From a virus (Duplodnaviria > Caudoviricetes), in the IMG/VR virus record IMGVR_UViG_3300034149_000152, positions 1 to 55,460 of that record: a stretch of DNA of 55,460 bases; one strand, written 5' to 3'. The notes below the pieces were generated by a model. The model searched no databases and was not told where the DNA came from. It was given only the letters and a program-made list of their open reading frames with translations. A program made the position numbers and the translations under genes. Shown piece after piece: positions 35,492 to 44,311 of this stretch; position 1 is the first letter of the stretch, and the number at the start of each line of letters is the position of its first letter.

Positions 35492-36603
35492 TTCGCAAGA
35501 GCCAGTGAAGGTTCGTTCTTTTTCTCGTCAGTGATGCCGTCCAAAAGTTCTTTCAGTTTCGACGCGAGACCCTTCCCTTTAAGACCGGTGGCGATTCTCA
35601 CCTGCGCTTCCAGGTTCCCCTTTCTGATGTCCACGCAGGCCATAAATTGCTCGGTGGTGCCGCCAGCGGCGAGGAAACGAGAATGAAGTTCGTTGGGATT
35701 GTTTATTGAGTGCCGCGTGTTTCCCTCCTCCAAAGTCCAACCCGGAACGGACGCCGGCTCTTTGGCGATCATGGCCTTCATCTGGTTCTTACATTCCTCA
35801 AGCCACTTCATGGCGGCAGGCAGCCTTTCGCAGAACAGTGATCTTTGTTCCGGCGTCCACTCGGCCACTGGAACGGTAAGCGATGACATGGCCACCGGCA
35901 CCGATACCGCTGTCCAGTTCGCGTATTCCTTGCACGTAAAACGGGCGAGGCAGAATTTGCATTGCACGGCGCCCGCTGTCCGTTTGGCTTCTGGATCGTG
36001 TGAGCGGGTTATTCTGCTTACCATTTCGGATTGAGCTTTTTTTATGTCCGATGAGTAGTAAGGACACGGTACTGGGGAGTAAGTGACGAGTGGTTGGACA
36101 ATATACACAACCACTTCATCGAGCATCATGTAGCCGGCGGCCAACGCCACTTGATCGCGCAGTTGCAGGTTGGAAGCCACCCCGGGAACGTCTGCCGGAA
36201 GGCTCTTGTATTCGAGGATAAGACCTTTGGAGCCGTGCCGCACATTCAAATCTGGTTTACCGCTGTGAATCAGCGATTCGTCCTTGGACTTATACCAAAG
36301 CCGTTTCTCCTTGAAACGCACGGCCTGGGTGGCGTCGGGGCCGAAAGTGTCGGAGATCAAGCGGTCCCTGATTTCAACGCAGCCCTCGTAAATGGATAGC
36401 TGGTCGGGATCGAGTTTGGAGGGATCATCATTTGCGAGCGCAGCATGAACGCGCGTTCCGAACTGGCTGTCGGTGGTGCTGATGTCGGCCAGCCCGCGCT
36501 GGGCCTGATGCCGGCCTTCGCATAGCAAATCGGCTTGCGCGTTTGAGGCGGAAGTGCCCCCGCCTACTTCGTCGGCATGGGTTGGTGTTTTGTCGGTGTT
36601 CAT
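35488..36603 (-). CDS. PD-(D/E)XK / Cas4-like exonuclease (RecT partner)
   Basis: FGTRVH, SGKPD...LEYKS, QL..Q and CKFC...C. Confidence 0.75.
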   Translation of the reverse strand: MNTDKTPTHADEVGGGTSASNAQADLLCEGRHQAQRGLADISTTDSQFGTRVHAALANDDPSKLDPDQLSIYEGCVEIRDRLISDTFGPDATQAVRFKEKRLWYKSKDESLIHSGKPDLNVRHGSKGLILEYKSLPADVPGVASNLQLRDQVALAAGYMMLDEVVVYIVQPLVTYSPVPCPYYSSDIKKAQSEMVSRITRSHDPEAKRTAGAVQCKFCLARFTCKEYANWTAVSVPVAMSSLTVPVAEWTPEQRSLFCERLPAAMKWLEECKNQMKAMIAKEPASVPGWTLEEGNTRHSINNPNELHSRFLAAGGTTEQFMACVDIRKGNLEAQVRIATGLKGKGLASKLKELLDGITDEKKNEPSLALAK

Positions 36604-36782
36604 AGTGCGTCTGATTTTGGAAGCAACGCCTGCTCGGCGATTTTAGTCATGCTTGCGATTACGTTTTTTGCGAATGTAAGTGGGTCGCGGCTATAAGGTC
36701 CTTCGGCTGCTGCAATTGCCTCAAGAGCTTTCCGGAACCGCTCGTTTTCTTCAACAAGTTGTATTTCATATTCTCTTGTCAT
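36600..36782 (-). CDS. Hypothetical protein
   Basis: 60 aa with ATGA overlaps. Confidence 0.6.
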   Translation of the reverse strand: MTREYEIQLVEENERFRKALEAIAAAEGPYSRDPLTFAKNVIASMTKIAEQALLPKSDAL

Positions 36783-36988
36783 AATTGTTTGATAGGAACG
36801 GTTTCACCGCAGCGGGTGCAGTGGATGGATTTTACGGTTGATACTCTGGTTTTTAATCCTTCAAGCATTGAGACGCCTTCTATCTTAGCTCCCTTAAAAC
36901 CGTCTGGCAGTCTTGAACTGGTGTCGTAAACGGTGACGATGCTGTGGCCGAACAGGTAGCCATAAAGCCCGATACATTCTTTGTTCAT
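36779..36988 (-). CDS. Small Zn-binding hypothetical protein
   Basis: C...FGH...CTRCG. Confidence 0.65.
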   Translation of the reverse strand: MNKECIGLYGYLFGHSIVTVYDTSSRLPDGFKGAKIEGVSMLEGLKTRVSTVKSIHCTRCGETVPIKQL

Positions 36989-37953
36989 ACTGTCTCTTTG
37001 ATGCGTTGGGAGAATTCCTCCCAGTCTTTGATTATGGTTTGCAGCGCCACATCATTGGCCGTGTGGGCTTCCTCCAATGTCTTGATATTCTCATCCGCCA
37101 GCCCGATGGCCTGCATGAATTCGATTAAGGTTGATTCAGTAATGTTGGCGTCCTCCATCAACGCCTTCAAATCGACCAGCGCATCGGTCACTGACGGAGC
37201 CGGTGCCAATGTTTTCGGCGGCTCGACGTTGGTAACATTTCCGAAGATGGGCTTGACCGGCATTGCCGGCAGCTTGTCGGCAATGGAATCGTCATCGGCG
37301 TTGAACGCCTGCCGGATTTCCGGCGACATATCCCAGCGTTTTGAGTGACGTTTAATGACGGTTTTTTTTGCCATCTCACCCCAGGAATTTTTCCAGGGAG
37401 AAGAATCCTTCGCTTTGGAGTACCGCTGACGCACATCCTCGACCTCTTCCGCCGACATGATTTCATAGTCCACCTGGCCGTCCTTCATCACCGCCCGCGA
37501 GTAGACGGCCTGTATTTCGCCGCGCGGCGAACGGTAATCAACGCTGTGATTTATCCTCGTGCGTCCATTGCCGTCGTCCTCCTCCACTGAGAATTTGTCG
37601 GTGGAGAACACGAGCTTGGGAGTAACCAGCACGCCGGCGCGGCTGGCCAGCGAACAGATGCCCTTCACGTCGAATACGGTCTGAACATCCTTTCCGAAAG
37701 CGATCAAATGCGCTTCACGTCCATCCGGGTAGAGTCCCGCCCGGGCGCATTTGAGCAATGCAAGCAGGAAGCTCTTTGGATCCACGTTATTGAACTTGGG
37801 ATCGGAGGCGGTGCTTCGTGCAACCCGCAACAGGGCTTCAAGTGCGATTTCCTTTGGAATCACTTTGGCCACTTCTTCCTTCCATACATCACTACCAATG
37901 CAAGAAAGCACGGTGGGGGCTGATTTGATTACCGCTGTTTTTAGTTCACTCAT
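36985..37953 (-). CDS. recT: RecT-family ssDNA annealing recombinase
   Basis: SFLLALLKCARAGL.P.GREAHLIAF...KG; SPW...WGEMAKKTVIKR. Confidence 0.88.
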   Translation of the reverse strand: MSELKTAVIKSAPTVLSCIGSDVWKEEVAKVIPKEIALEALLRVARSTASDPKFNNVDPKSFLLALLKCARAGLYPDGREAHLIAFGKDVQTVFDVKGICSLASRAGVLVTPKLVFSTDKFSVEEDDGNGRTRINHSVDYRSPRGEIQAVYSRAVMKDGQVDYEIMSAEEVEDVRQRYSKAKDSSPWKNSWGEMAKKTVIKRHSKRWDMSPEIRQAFNADDDSIADKLPAMPVKPIFGNVTNVEPPKTLAPAPSVTDALVDLKALMEDANITESTLIEFMQAIGLADENIKTLEEAHTANDVALQTIIKDWEEFSQRIKETV

Positions 37954-37967
37954 ATTTCACTCATATA

Positions 37968-38002
37968 TTAGCTAAGTATGCTAATTTAATTCGCTGCGTC
38001 AA
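37968..38002 (-). promoter_or_regulatory. Promoter (TTGACG-N16-CATACT) with operator TTAGC-N7-GCTAA over the -10 box
   Basis: Upstream of the recT operon. The palindrome lies at 37968-37984. Confidence 0.55.
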
Positions 38003-38235
38003 TCTTTTTCCAGTCTGCCAAGGAATGCTTCGATTTCGTCGCGGGCCATGACCCGATGCGCCGATGAGTAAGGGTTTGGTTTTCCCCTTGGTGCTCGTTG
38101 TGGATGCGCTCGAATGGCGAAGATGCCACCGGCCCAGCCGCGAAGCGTGACGGCGAAGCGCAAATCATTATCCGGGTTGAGGACTTTTAGGCGCCTGAAT
38201 TTCATCAACTCTTGCAAGGTTGGGGAATTTTTCAT
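37999..38235 (-). CDS. Hypothetical protein
   Basis: MKNSPTLQEL..., ATGA-coupled. Confidence 0.5.
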   Translation of the reverse strand: MKNSPTLQELMKFRRLKVLNPDNDLRFAVTLRGWAGGIFAIRAHPQRAPRGKPNPYSSAHRVMARDEIEAFLGRLEKD

Positions 38236-38705
38236 CGGTAAAAAGCCCGGTAAAAGCAGCCGGTGACAGGCTGGTTGGTTATCGCCACGTCGAAACATTC
38301 CGGATCGCCAGTGAACGAGACACACTCTGTCCACTGAATCAGGTTGGTGCTGCTTTCAATTCGGATGGTTACGGGGGATTCCAACTCAAACAGATTGCCA
38401 ATGGTGTTCGTGCAAACCAGCGCGCAGTCGCCGTGCTTCTTGAATGGACCGTGGTTGATAGTCCAGCCGTTTATCTGACATTCGCGTTTGGTGGTGGGGC
38501 AACACCATTGCCACCCAGGATTGTCCGGGTCGGTGACGCAGTAATACTTGGGTCCGCAAGTGTTGACGTAAACCACCATGCAGCCACCTACCACCAGAGT
38601 TCCAATGACCAGACAGATCATGGCCGGAGTGGACTGCGAGCGTGTTTCCTGAATGGGGGCTGACACCAATGCGGCGCACAGTCCCGCGATTATGAATTGT
38701 TTCAT
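38232..38705 (-). CDS. Secreted/membrane Cys-rich protein with Verrucomicrobia-type C-terminal motif
   Basis: Signal peptide and transmembrane segment, then IESSTNLIQW...CFYRA. Confidence 0.6.
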   Translation of the reverse strand: MKQFIIAGLCAALVSAPIQETRSQSTPAMICLVIGTLVVGGCMVVYVNTCGPKYYCVTDPDNPGWQWCCPTTKRECQINGWTINHGPFKKHGDCALVCTNTIGNLFELESPVTIRIESSTNLIQWTECVSFTGDPECFDVAITNQPVTGCFYRAFYR

Positions 38706-38854
38706 TTGGGTTTCGAGTGTTGAGGGTTGACCATCTTGGCCTGCGATAGCTGGTTTTTCCAAGCTGTCCGCAGTGCCATGTGATAATTTGCGATGACAAG
38801 CGCCGCCACGATCAGCATGACGGCCAGAGCTTTTTCAAGGTTGGTTTTTATCAT
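38702..38854 (-). CDS. Small membrane protein (50 aa)
   Basis: MIKTNLEKALAVMLIVAALVIANY..., ATGA-coupled to 38705. Confidence 0.5.
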   Translation of the reverse strand: MIKTNLEKALAVMLIVAALVIANYHMALRTAWKNQLSQAKMVNPQHSKPK

Positions 38855-39143
38855 AGATTTTAAAGAGTTCCGGGAAAAATTCGTTGAGTATGCCGGGTTT
38901 AGTAAAGTTAGATTTCATCCTGAGTGTTCCGAAAGAATAAAAAGCCGACCAAACGTAAAACTCAAGGGCTTTAGATTTGGCTTTTGGCAAGAAAAGTAGC
39001 GCCTTTCCATGACTTTTGAATGGCCCCAGGAGTAGTTGTATCCTTTCGCCGTCCTTCACCGAACAATAGTAAGTGCCCCGGCGAAGGTCCGGCAACTGTT
39101 CCGGGACCGGACTGGTATGCTGATAAGCGGTGATTTGTTTCAT
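38835..39143 (-). CDS. Hypothetical protein
   Basis: YYCSVKDG...LLLGPF..H..AL...FYSFGT. ATGA-coupled. Confidence 0.6.
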   Translation of the reverse strand: MKQITAYQHTSPVPEQLPDLRRGTYYCSVKDGERIQLLLGPFKSHGKALLFLPKAKSKALEFYVWSAFYSFGTLRMKSNFTKPGILNEFFPELFKIYDKNQP

Positions 39144-39361
39144 GGCTTGACCCCTTTCATGTAGTCCCAACCATCGAAGTAAACACCTTCCTTTTTGGTA
39201 TCATCGCGGCTGCAATGTTCTATCGCTTCCGTTTCTGTCAGCCCGTTTTTAATGGTGCGCGGGTTGCGACCGGACCGGAACATCCGGATAATGCGATAAC
39301 ATCGCGGGCTATCTTTTCCTTGGTTTTTCATACGTTTGGTTTTGGTTTTGGTTTCTCCCAA
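39140..39361 (-). CDS. Small phage hypothetical protein
   Basis: YRIIRMF...TIKNGLT..EA..HC...T....YFDG. Confidence 0.65.
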   Translation of the reverse strand: MGETKTKTKRMKNQGKDSPRCYRIIRMFRSGRNPRTIKNGLTETEAIEHCSRDDTKKEGVYFDGWDYMKGVKP

Positions 39362-39775
39362 TCATTCAATCACCGGGGCCAAAATCTGATTGTTTCCCCA
39401 GTCGCGATGCAGGGGAAATTCTGTTGCGGCTTTTTCGCCGTTTCCGCTGTCCAGCTTCAGCACATAGCCGCGAGGGTCGCCATTGACGAAGAACGCGGGT
39501 GGCAATTTACCTCCGAAAACTGCCGCGACTTTCGCCGTGATTACCGCTTTGAACGATTCCCATTCCTCAGTCTCACGGTACGGCTGGCCGCCGTAGCCTT
39601 CGCCATTACATTGAGCGCAAGCCGCACTTCTTGCCGCAATCTCAAGCCGGCGCAGCTTGCGCCAGAGTTGCAGTCCGGATAGTTTGTTGTAGGGGTTAAG
39701 ACTGTTGGCGAGCGCCGCAAGCGCCGCGTGGTGTTGGTTTCTCTCTTCTTTTATTTTCATACATTGCCTTTTCAT
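39362..39775 (-). CDS. Phage hypothetical protein
   Basis: CNGE...FFVNGDPRGYVLKL...DWG...LAP. Confidence 0.7.
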   Translation of the reverse strand: MKRQCMKIKEERNQHHAALAALANSLNPYNKLSGLQLWRKLRRLEIAARSAACAQCNGEGYGGQPYRETEEWESFKAVITAKVAAVFGGKLPPAFFVNGDPRGYVLKLDSGNGEKAATEFPLHRDWGNNQILAPVIE

Positions 39776-39924
39776 GGTTTGGTTTCCTTCTTCAATTTCA
39801 AAGCCCGCTTCGCGGTCTTGGCCGCCCTCATTGCCAACGACTGAAACCGCGTCAACTTGCGCCGCGACTTCTGACCGCCTCGCCGACCTATTTCAGCGAG
39901 GTATTTTCGCACTTCATTGTTCAT
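39772..39924 (-). CDS. Small basic protein with KGG-like motif (50 aa)
   Basis: MNNEVRKYLAEIGRRGGQKSRR... with ATGA overlaps at both ends. Confidence 0.65.
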   Translation of the reverse strand: MNNEVRKYLAEIGRRGGQKSRRKLTRFQSLAMRAAKTAKRALKLKKETKP

Positions 39925-40115
39925 ACGCAGGTCTGGGGTTCCGGAAGATCGTCAAACAACCGCCACCAGCCACGCTCCAAGGCCAGCAGGTAGTCCGGTT
40001 CATCAAGCAGCCGCAAATGGCCAATCATGCGATCAAACACTTGATTAGACTGCAGCGGAAATTGTGTGTCGCACCAATCCGAGAGATGCCGGACGATGAA
40101 CTTGTCAATTGTCAT
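39921..40115 (-). CDS. Hypothetical protein
   Basis: 64 aa, in operon. Confidence 0.55.
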   Translation of the reverse strand: MTIDKFIVRHLSDWCDTQFPLQSNQVFDRMIGHLRLLDEPDYLLALERGWWRLFDDLPEPQTCV

Positions 40116-40118
40116 ACT

Positions 40119-40457
40119 TCACTGTGCGATTTCGGCGGCGTGAATCGCCAGCGCGGTCTGACGAGATTGGAATCCAGGATTATCCAGCGCGTCGAGTTTT
40201 ACGCAGATTGCCGCATAGTGGGCTTTGCTGGAGGCACGAGCCGAGTGCGCTTCGACCAGCGCGACATTCATGGCATCGGCGAGGCTGTCCACGTTCGCGG
40301 CAATTTCATTCCAGCGCGCCGTGCTGATCCAGCACCGCGTTGTAAGCCGGACAGCCTTGTCTTTGGAGTCGCGGACGCAATCGGCGATACTTTGGCCGAC
40401 CCTGACGTAACGGGGATACGATTTGCGCGCCGGGAGTTGCTTTGCGAGCGTGGTCAT
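40119..40457 (-). CDS. Hypothetical protein
   Basis: MTTLAKQLPA..., first gene of the leftward arm. Confidence 0.55.
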   Translation of the reverse strand: MTTLAKQLPARKSYPRYVRVGQSIADCVRDSKDKAVRLTTRCWISTARWNEIAANVDSLADAMNVALVEAHSARASSKAHYAAICVKLDALDNPGFQSRQTALAIHAAEIAQ

Positions 40458-40563
40458 ACTTTTCTTTCTTTCATACCCCCACACTATCACAACCCGCTTA
40501 CGCTGCCCAACTCCTATTATTACGGACGTATCTACACGGATACACCATCCGTATTCATTCGTG

Positions 40564-40597
40564 TTGCTATCGTAACCGGATTACGTTAGATTCAGGT
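40564..40597 (+). promoter_or_regulatory. Promoter TTGCTA-N17-TAGATT with palindrome CGTAA-N5-TTACG in the spacer
   Basis: The -10 box lies 5 nt before ATG 40598. Confidence 0.5.
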
Positions 40598-40750
40598 ATG
40601 AAAATTAAAGACTATGTGTTGAATGTCATTTGCGTTCTTCCCTACAAAGGACCATGGCGCGACACGGTGCGCGAAGCCTATGTCTCGCGCTGGGTTGCCT
40701 TGGGGTGGATCATCATTGGCAATCCCGGCAACCGCATTGAAGCACAGTGA
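40598..40750 (+). CDS. Hypothetical protein (50 aa)
   Basis: MKIKDYVLNV... directly after the promoter. Confidence 0.45.
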   Translation: MKIKDYVLNVICVLPYKGPWRDTVREAYVSRWVALGWIIIGNPGNRIEAQ

Positions 40751-41043
40751 TCCCACTTCCTATGACAAAGCTAACCAAGCCAGTCCACCGCGAGACCAGC
40801 AAGACCTACGGCTCACGCCCCGTAATCGTCACCCTGGCCCCAGCCGGCAGTCAAAGCGAAGCCTTGATCGGTCTGCGTCTAAAAGGTAAGCGAACCCAGT
40901 ACGTCTGCGCTCTCTCGGACGTGTTTCTCATGGCCGCCCTCTGGCACGGCCAGAAAGAAGCCGCCGCCCGCCGCACCGCCCGCAAGAACGGTGTCCCCTG
41001 GCGATCTGCCAAGAAGCAATTCACAGCCGCCAACTCAATATGA
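40747..41043 (+). CDS. Hypothetical basic protein
   Basis: MTKLTKPVHRET...RPVIVTL...IGLRLKGKR. The start may be a few codons downstream. Confidence 0.65.
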   Translation: MIPLPMTKLTKPVHRETSKTYGSRPVIVTLAPAGSQSEALIGLRLKGKRTQYVCALSDVFLMAALWHGQKEAAARRTARKNGVPWRSAKKQFTAANSI

Positions 41044-41306
41044 ACCCCTCCTTCCTCGGCACCGTCTGGCCTACCAAAGCCCAACTCGATGCCGCCGACC
41101 GCCACGCCGACAAGTTGCTCGCGGCCGCCCTCGCCAGCGCCCAATTGGAACTGGCTGGCCTGGACAAGCGCACCGTCGCCGGCGAAGTCCGCTACTACAA
41201 AACCCCAACCATCTACACCCCAGCCGTGAAGCGCGGCACCATCCGCCGCTGGTTCGAGACCCGCATTGACGGTGACTACGCCATCAAATCACCCAGCTTG
41301 GAATGA
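41040..41306 (+). CDS. Hypothetical protein
   Basis: 88 aa with ATGA overlaps. Confidence 0.6.
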   Translation: MNPSFLGTVWPTKAQLDAADRHADKLLAAALASAQLELAGLDKRTVAGEVRYYKTPTIYTPAVKRGTIRRWFETRIDGDYAIKSPSLE

Positions 41307-41563
41307 ACCCTTCCAATATGAAAATTGCAGAACTCAACGGCTTTTCGGCGCATTTGCCCTTAAGCGGCGGAAAGGCTGGCAAAGGCCACCAAAAAACAGG
41401 CGCGATACAGGTGCGCCGTGAAAACTTGATCGTAAAACAGTTCCGGTTCGTGTGGGACGAAAAATCTAGCCGACTCAAAGCAATCAGATCCGCAAAGCTT
41501 TACATGTCCCTTACATGCCAGCTTAGGTCGACTCTCCTTTGCCCACCCACACACCACCGTTGA
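41303..41563 (+). CDS. Hypothetical protein
   Basis: 86 aa with ATGA overlap. Confidence 0.55.
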   Translation: MNPSNMKIAELNGFSAHLPLSGGKAGKGHQKTGAIQVRRENLIVKQFRFVWDEKSSRLKAIRSAKLYMSLTCQLRSTLLCPPTHHR

Positions 41564-41594
41564 CGCCCGGTCACTCAAGCGTTACGATGCCCGC
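41560..41594 (+). promoter_or_regulatory. Sigma70 promoter, probably leaderless
   Basis: TTGACG-N17-TACGAT-N6-ATG(41595). Confidence 0.65.
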
Positions 41595-41882
41595 ATGTGG
41601 GCTACTAAACCTTACAGAGACGCCGTTGCCATCCAGTCGCTTATCTCTGACGATGCCAAAATGGTCGATTGCGACCCAAAAGTCCGTTGTCTGCTGTCAC
41701 GCGCTTTCGTAGAGCTAGAGACGCTCAAGCTCCGTTTGCGAATGAAACCAGCTCCCAAAGCGATTGACACGACTAAGTTGATTCCAAAGGGTCAAAGGCG
41801 AAAGCTGGCCGGCTCTACGATGACCGAGACCAGCCACGAACCCAGCCCGCCGCCGGCTGCCCCGGGACCCACGGAAGGCTAA
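41595..41882 (+). CDS. Hypothetical protein (candidate small terminase)
   Basis: 95 aa with its own promoter, adjacent to the large non-coding skew-switch region. The function is inferred from position only. Confidence 0.4.
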   Translation: MWATKPYRDAVAIQSLISDDAKMVDCDPKVRCLLSRAFVELETLKLRLRMKPAPKAIDTTKLIPKGQRRKLAGSTMTETSHEPSPPPAAPGPTEG

Positions 41883-42590
41883 GACCCTCGCTTGACCAGT
41901 GCCGGCAGGCACGACAGACCCGTGACCTTAGCCCAAGGACAGCCTAGGACGCCCTAGGACTCACGGAAAGGCAAAGTCGGACACTCAGACCATCAAAACG
42001 CCCTGGCGCCCCCAAGCAGCAAGGAATCTCTTTGAACCCGACCGCCCCCGCCACCCCGCCGGCTAGAGGGGAAAACGCCAGGACGCCGGGACCAAACGAG
42101 GAGGTAGCCCACGGTGCAAGATTTCTATGGGAAAGGTTCTGGAAAAAGTTTGGAAAAAAAACTGGAAAAAAGTTTCAGGAAATTTTCGGGATGGTTGAGA
42201 TGTACAGGTAGGAGGTGGGAAAGATGGAATTGGGTTTGATGACAGCAGAGGGGACCGATGGGAACCATGAACGGACGGTCAGGGAGGAGGCAGTTCTACG
42301 CCGATTGCGGTTTTTTCTGTGGACAGTGGAATTGCGGTAAGCGAATAGAGGCTAAAGAAAAGAAACACGGCAGGGCGTCTGTATATCATTCCTTCTTCTT
42401 GTGTCAACGAATTGTCCTTGAAGTGTCCACAGTGTCCACCGTTGACATTGAAATTTAGGGGGCTGGTTTGAGGAGGAGCGAGTGGCGAGTATGGGTTAAA
42501 AAGTGGATAGGCGCAGCACGCCCCTGTTAGTGGAGGGAAGCTCCTGGGCATCTCGCCGGAGAGCTTCCGGGACGAGACGATCAGAACGGC
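41883..42590. other. Largely non-coding region with strand-skew switch and phased A-tracts (candidate pac/ori or genome end)
   Basis: The plus strand changes from C-rich to G-rich near 42060. GGAAAA(A) is repeated about every 10-13 bp at 42130-42186, and CCTAGGAC is tandemly repeated. Confidence 0.45.
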
Positions 42591-42867
42591 TCTAAATACG
42601 GCTGGCGCATCCCTTAAGGCGGATGAACCATCGGCGGCTCTGATCTATATTCGAGTCCTTGTGTTGGTGCCGTTTACCCAAACCTCGACCGGGGCGTGGT
42701 TCGCGTGGCTTCGGGAGGGGTTTCCCCCATCGCAAAGGTGCTAGGATGTTGCTCTGAGACATACGGCTCAACCGATTTCGGCGGACAACCCACTTGGGCT
42801 GGAGGTTGCCGGGTTTTGGCGCGGCAATCTTGGTTTGCGGAAGTACCAACGGACTGGAAATTGGGGT

Positions 42868-43068
42868 TCATACGTGCCACCCCCGGCAATCGCCTTTTGA
42901 AAGGGAAGGGCTGGTGCCCACGATGGATTCGACTTCGGCGAGGGTTTTGCCTTCGTACATGCCTGGGGTGAAGGGGCGGGTGATGTCGTGCGGTGCCCAG
43001 CGTTCAAACCACGCCCGGTAATCGGGGTCGGATGGGCTGTGGTCGGTGATGGGAACTGGCTTGGTCAT
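42868..43068 (-). CDS. Hypothetical protein
   Basis: 66 aa with plausible composition. Confidence 0.4.
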   Translation of the reverse strand: MTKPVPITDHSPSDPDYRAWFERWAPHDITRPFTPGMYEGKTLAEVESIVGTSPSLSKGDCRGWHV

Positions 43069-43427
43069 GGCTTTTGGAAAAGGGACTCCGGGGACGAATT
43101 ACGGGCAAACACAGTTAGAAATCCCGAACGATGTTGAAAACCGTTTGCCCCGGAGCAGGAGCGGATGACCAAATCGAAGCCCCGCCGGGCCGTATGAAGG
43201 TCAATTGCGATGACCCGAGGGCTTACCAGGCCGTCAACCCGGCGGGGACCATGGACCGGCGGACTCAAAGACGCCGGTAAAAACAAAGCGCCCGACCTGG
43301 TGCAAGCCCCATTGAAAGGCCCCCATTTCTGGGCAGATCGGGCGTTAAATTCAACATTCAATGAATGAGGCACAGTTGTTTTTCCTACATCAGAGCGTTT
43401 TAGTCAACGGATATTTTGAAAAATCTT

Positions 43428-43715
43428 TCAGGGACATCCGCCCCCGGGCGTTCCCACCGCCGATCCGCCCCCGGACGATCCGGACCAGCCCGACGATTTC
43501 AGGCCCAAACCGGCACCAGATCGTCCGCGGCGGGGCACCTGGTCGGCCACTGAATCCGTCCCGATGCACGGGCCAATCGCGAACCATTCGCAGATCTCCG
43601 GCGTCACAACTACGATGGGCGGCACCGGCGGGATGGGCGGTATCGGTGGCGCCGGGGCCGCCACGAGGCACGACCCGGCAAAATACAGCGTTCCAAAAAT
43701 GTTGCAACCGAACAT
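43428..43715 (-). CDS. Small Pro/Gly-rich virion-associated protein (putative)
   Basis: MFG...FG..YF N-terminus and PPIPP linker, 3 nt after the methyltransferase stop. Confidence 0.5.
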   Translation of the reverse strand: MFGCNIFGTLYFAGSCLVAAPAPPIPPIPPVPPIVVVTPEICEWFAIGPCIGTDSVADQVPRRGRSGAGLGLKSSGWSGSSGGGSAVGTPGGGCP

Positions 43716-43718
43716 GAG

Positions 43719-44306
43719 TCATTTGGGTTTGAGGAGCCGGGGCTTCTTCGTCAGCGTGGCCCACATGTCCTGGTAACTCTCCAAGTAATGCGTGAAGGCA
43801 TACAACTGGGCTTCATGCGCCCGGGTGCTGAAAGACGGGCTGACGCCTACGGGACCGGCTTGATGATCGAAATTGCACTTCAAATCGTAGTAACCGTAAT
43901 TGAGCTTGTTCAACTCGCGCCAGTTCTCGTTCAGATAAAAGAACGCCATCGCGACCACGGGCGGCCAGACATGGGACATGTCGCCGAAGGCGCGCTCCGA
44001 TTTCCAGTTGGGCACGAACACCTTCATTATCCCGTCGTCCTTGAGCACACGCCAGCATTCCTCGAAAAACGGCCAGCGAAATGTGCGCGGGATGTGTTCG
44101 ACGAAATGCGAACAATAAATCTCGGTGACGGCCCCGTCCTTCCACGGCCACGGGAACTTGAACAGGTCCAGTTTCGTGTCCGCCTCCGGTGAATACAGGT
44201 CAACCCCGTGGAACCCGGACTGTTTCTGCCGCCCGCAAGCCAGATCAAGTCTCAATTCCGGAGGCGGTTCAATTTTCTTCACCTTCAATTTCGATTTATT
44301 GCTCAT
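43719..44306 (-). CDS. Class I SAM-dependent methyltransferase
   Basis: LDLACG...GVD...DL...PWPWKDG.V.EI..SHFVEH...E.WRVLK.DG. Confidence 0.85.
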   Translation of the reverse strand: MSNKSKLKVKKIEPPPELRLDLACGRQKQSGFHGVDLYSPEADTKLDLFKFPWPWKDGAVTEIYCSHFVEHIPRTFRWPFFEECWRVLKDDGIMKVFVPNWKSERAFGDMSHVWPPVVAMAFFYLNENWRELNKLNYGYYDLKCNFDHQAGPVGVSPSFSTRAHEAQLYAFTHYLESYQDMWATLTKKPRLLKPK

Positions 44307-44311
44307 TCAAG

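Noticed and set aside
35488-36603. Cas4 as part of a CRISPR system
   Set aside because: There is no array or other cas gene. Its position beside recT indicates a recombination exonuclease.
39705-40589. 294-aa plus-strand ORF
   Set aside because: It is antisense to a chain of ATGA-coupled minus-strand genes and has no recognisable motifs.
42258-42889. Several short overlapping ORFs near the skew switch
   Set aside because: No frame could be preferred on motifs or start signals, so they are left unannotated.
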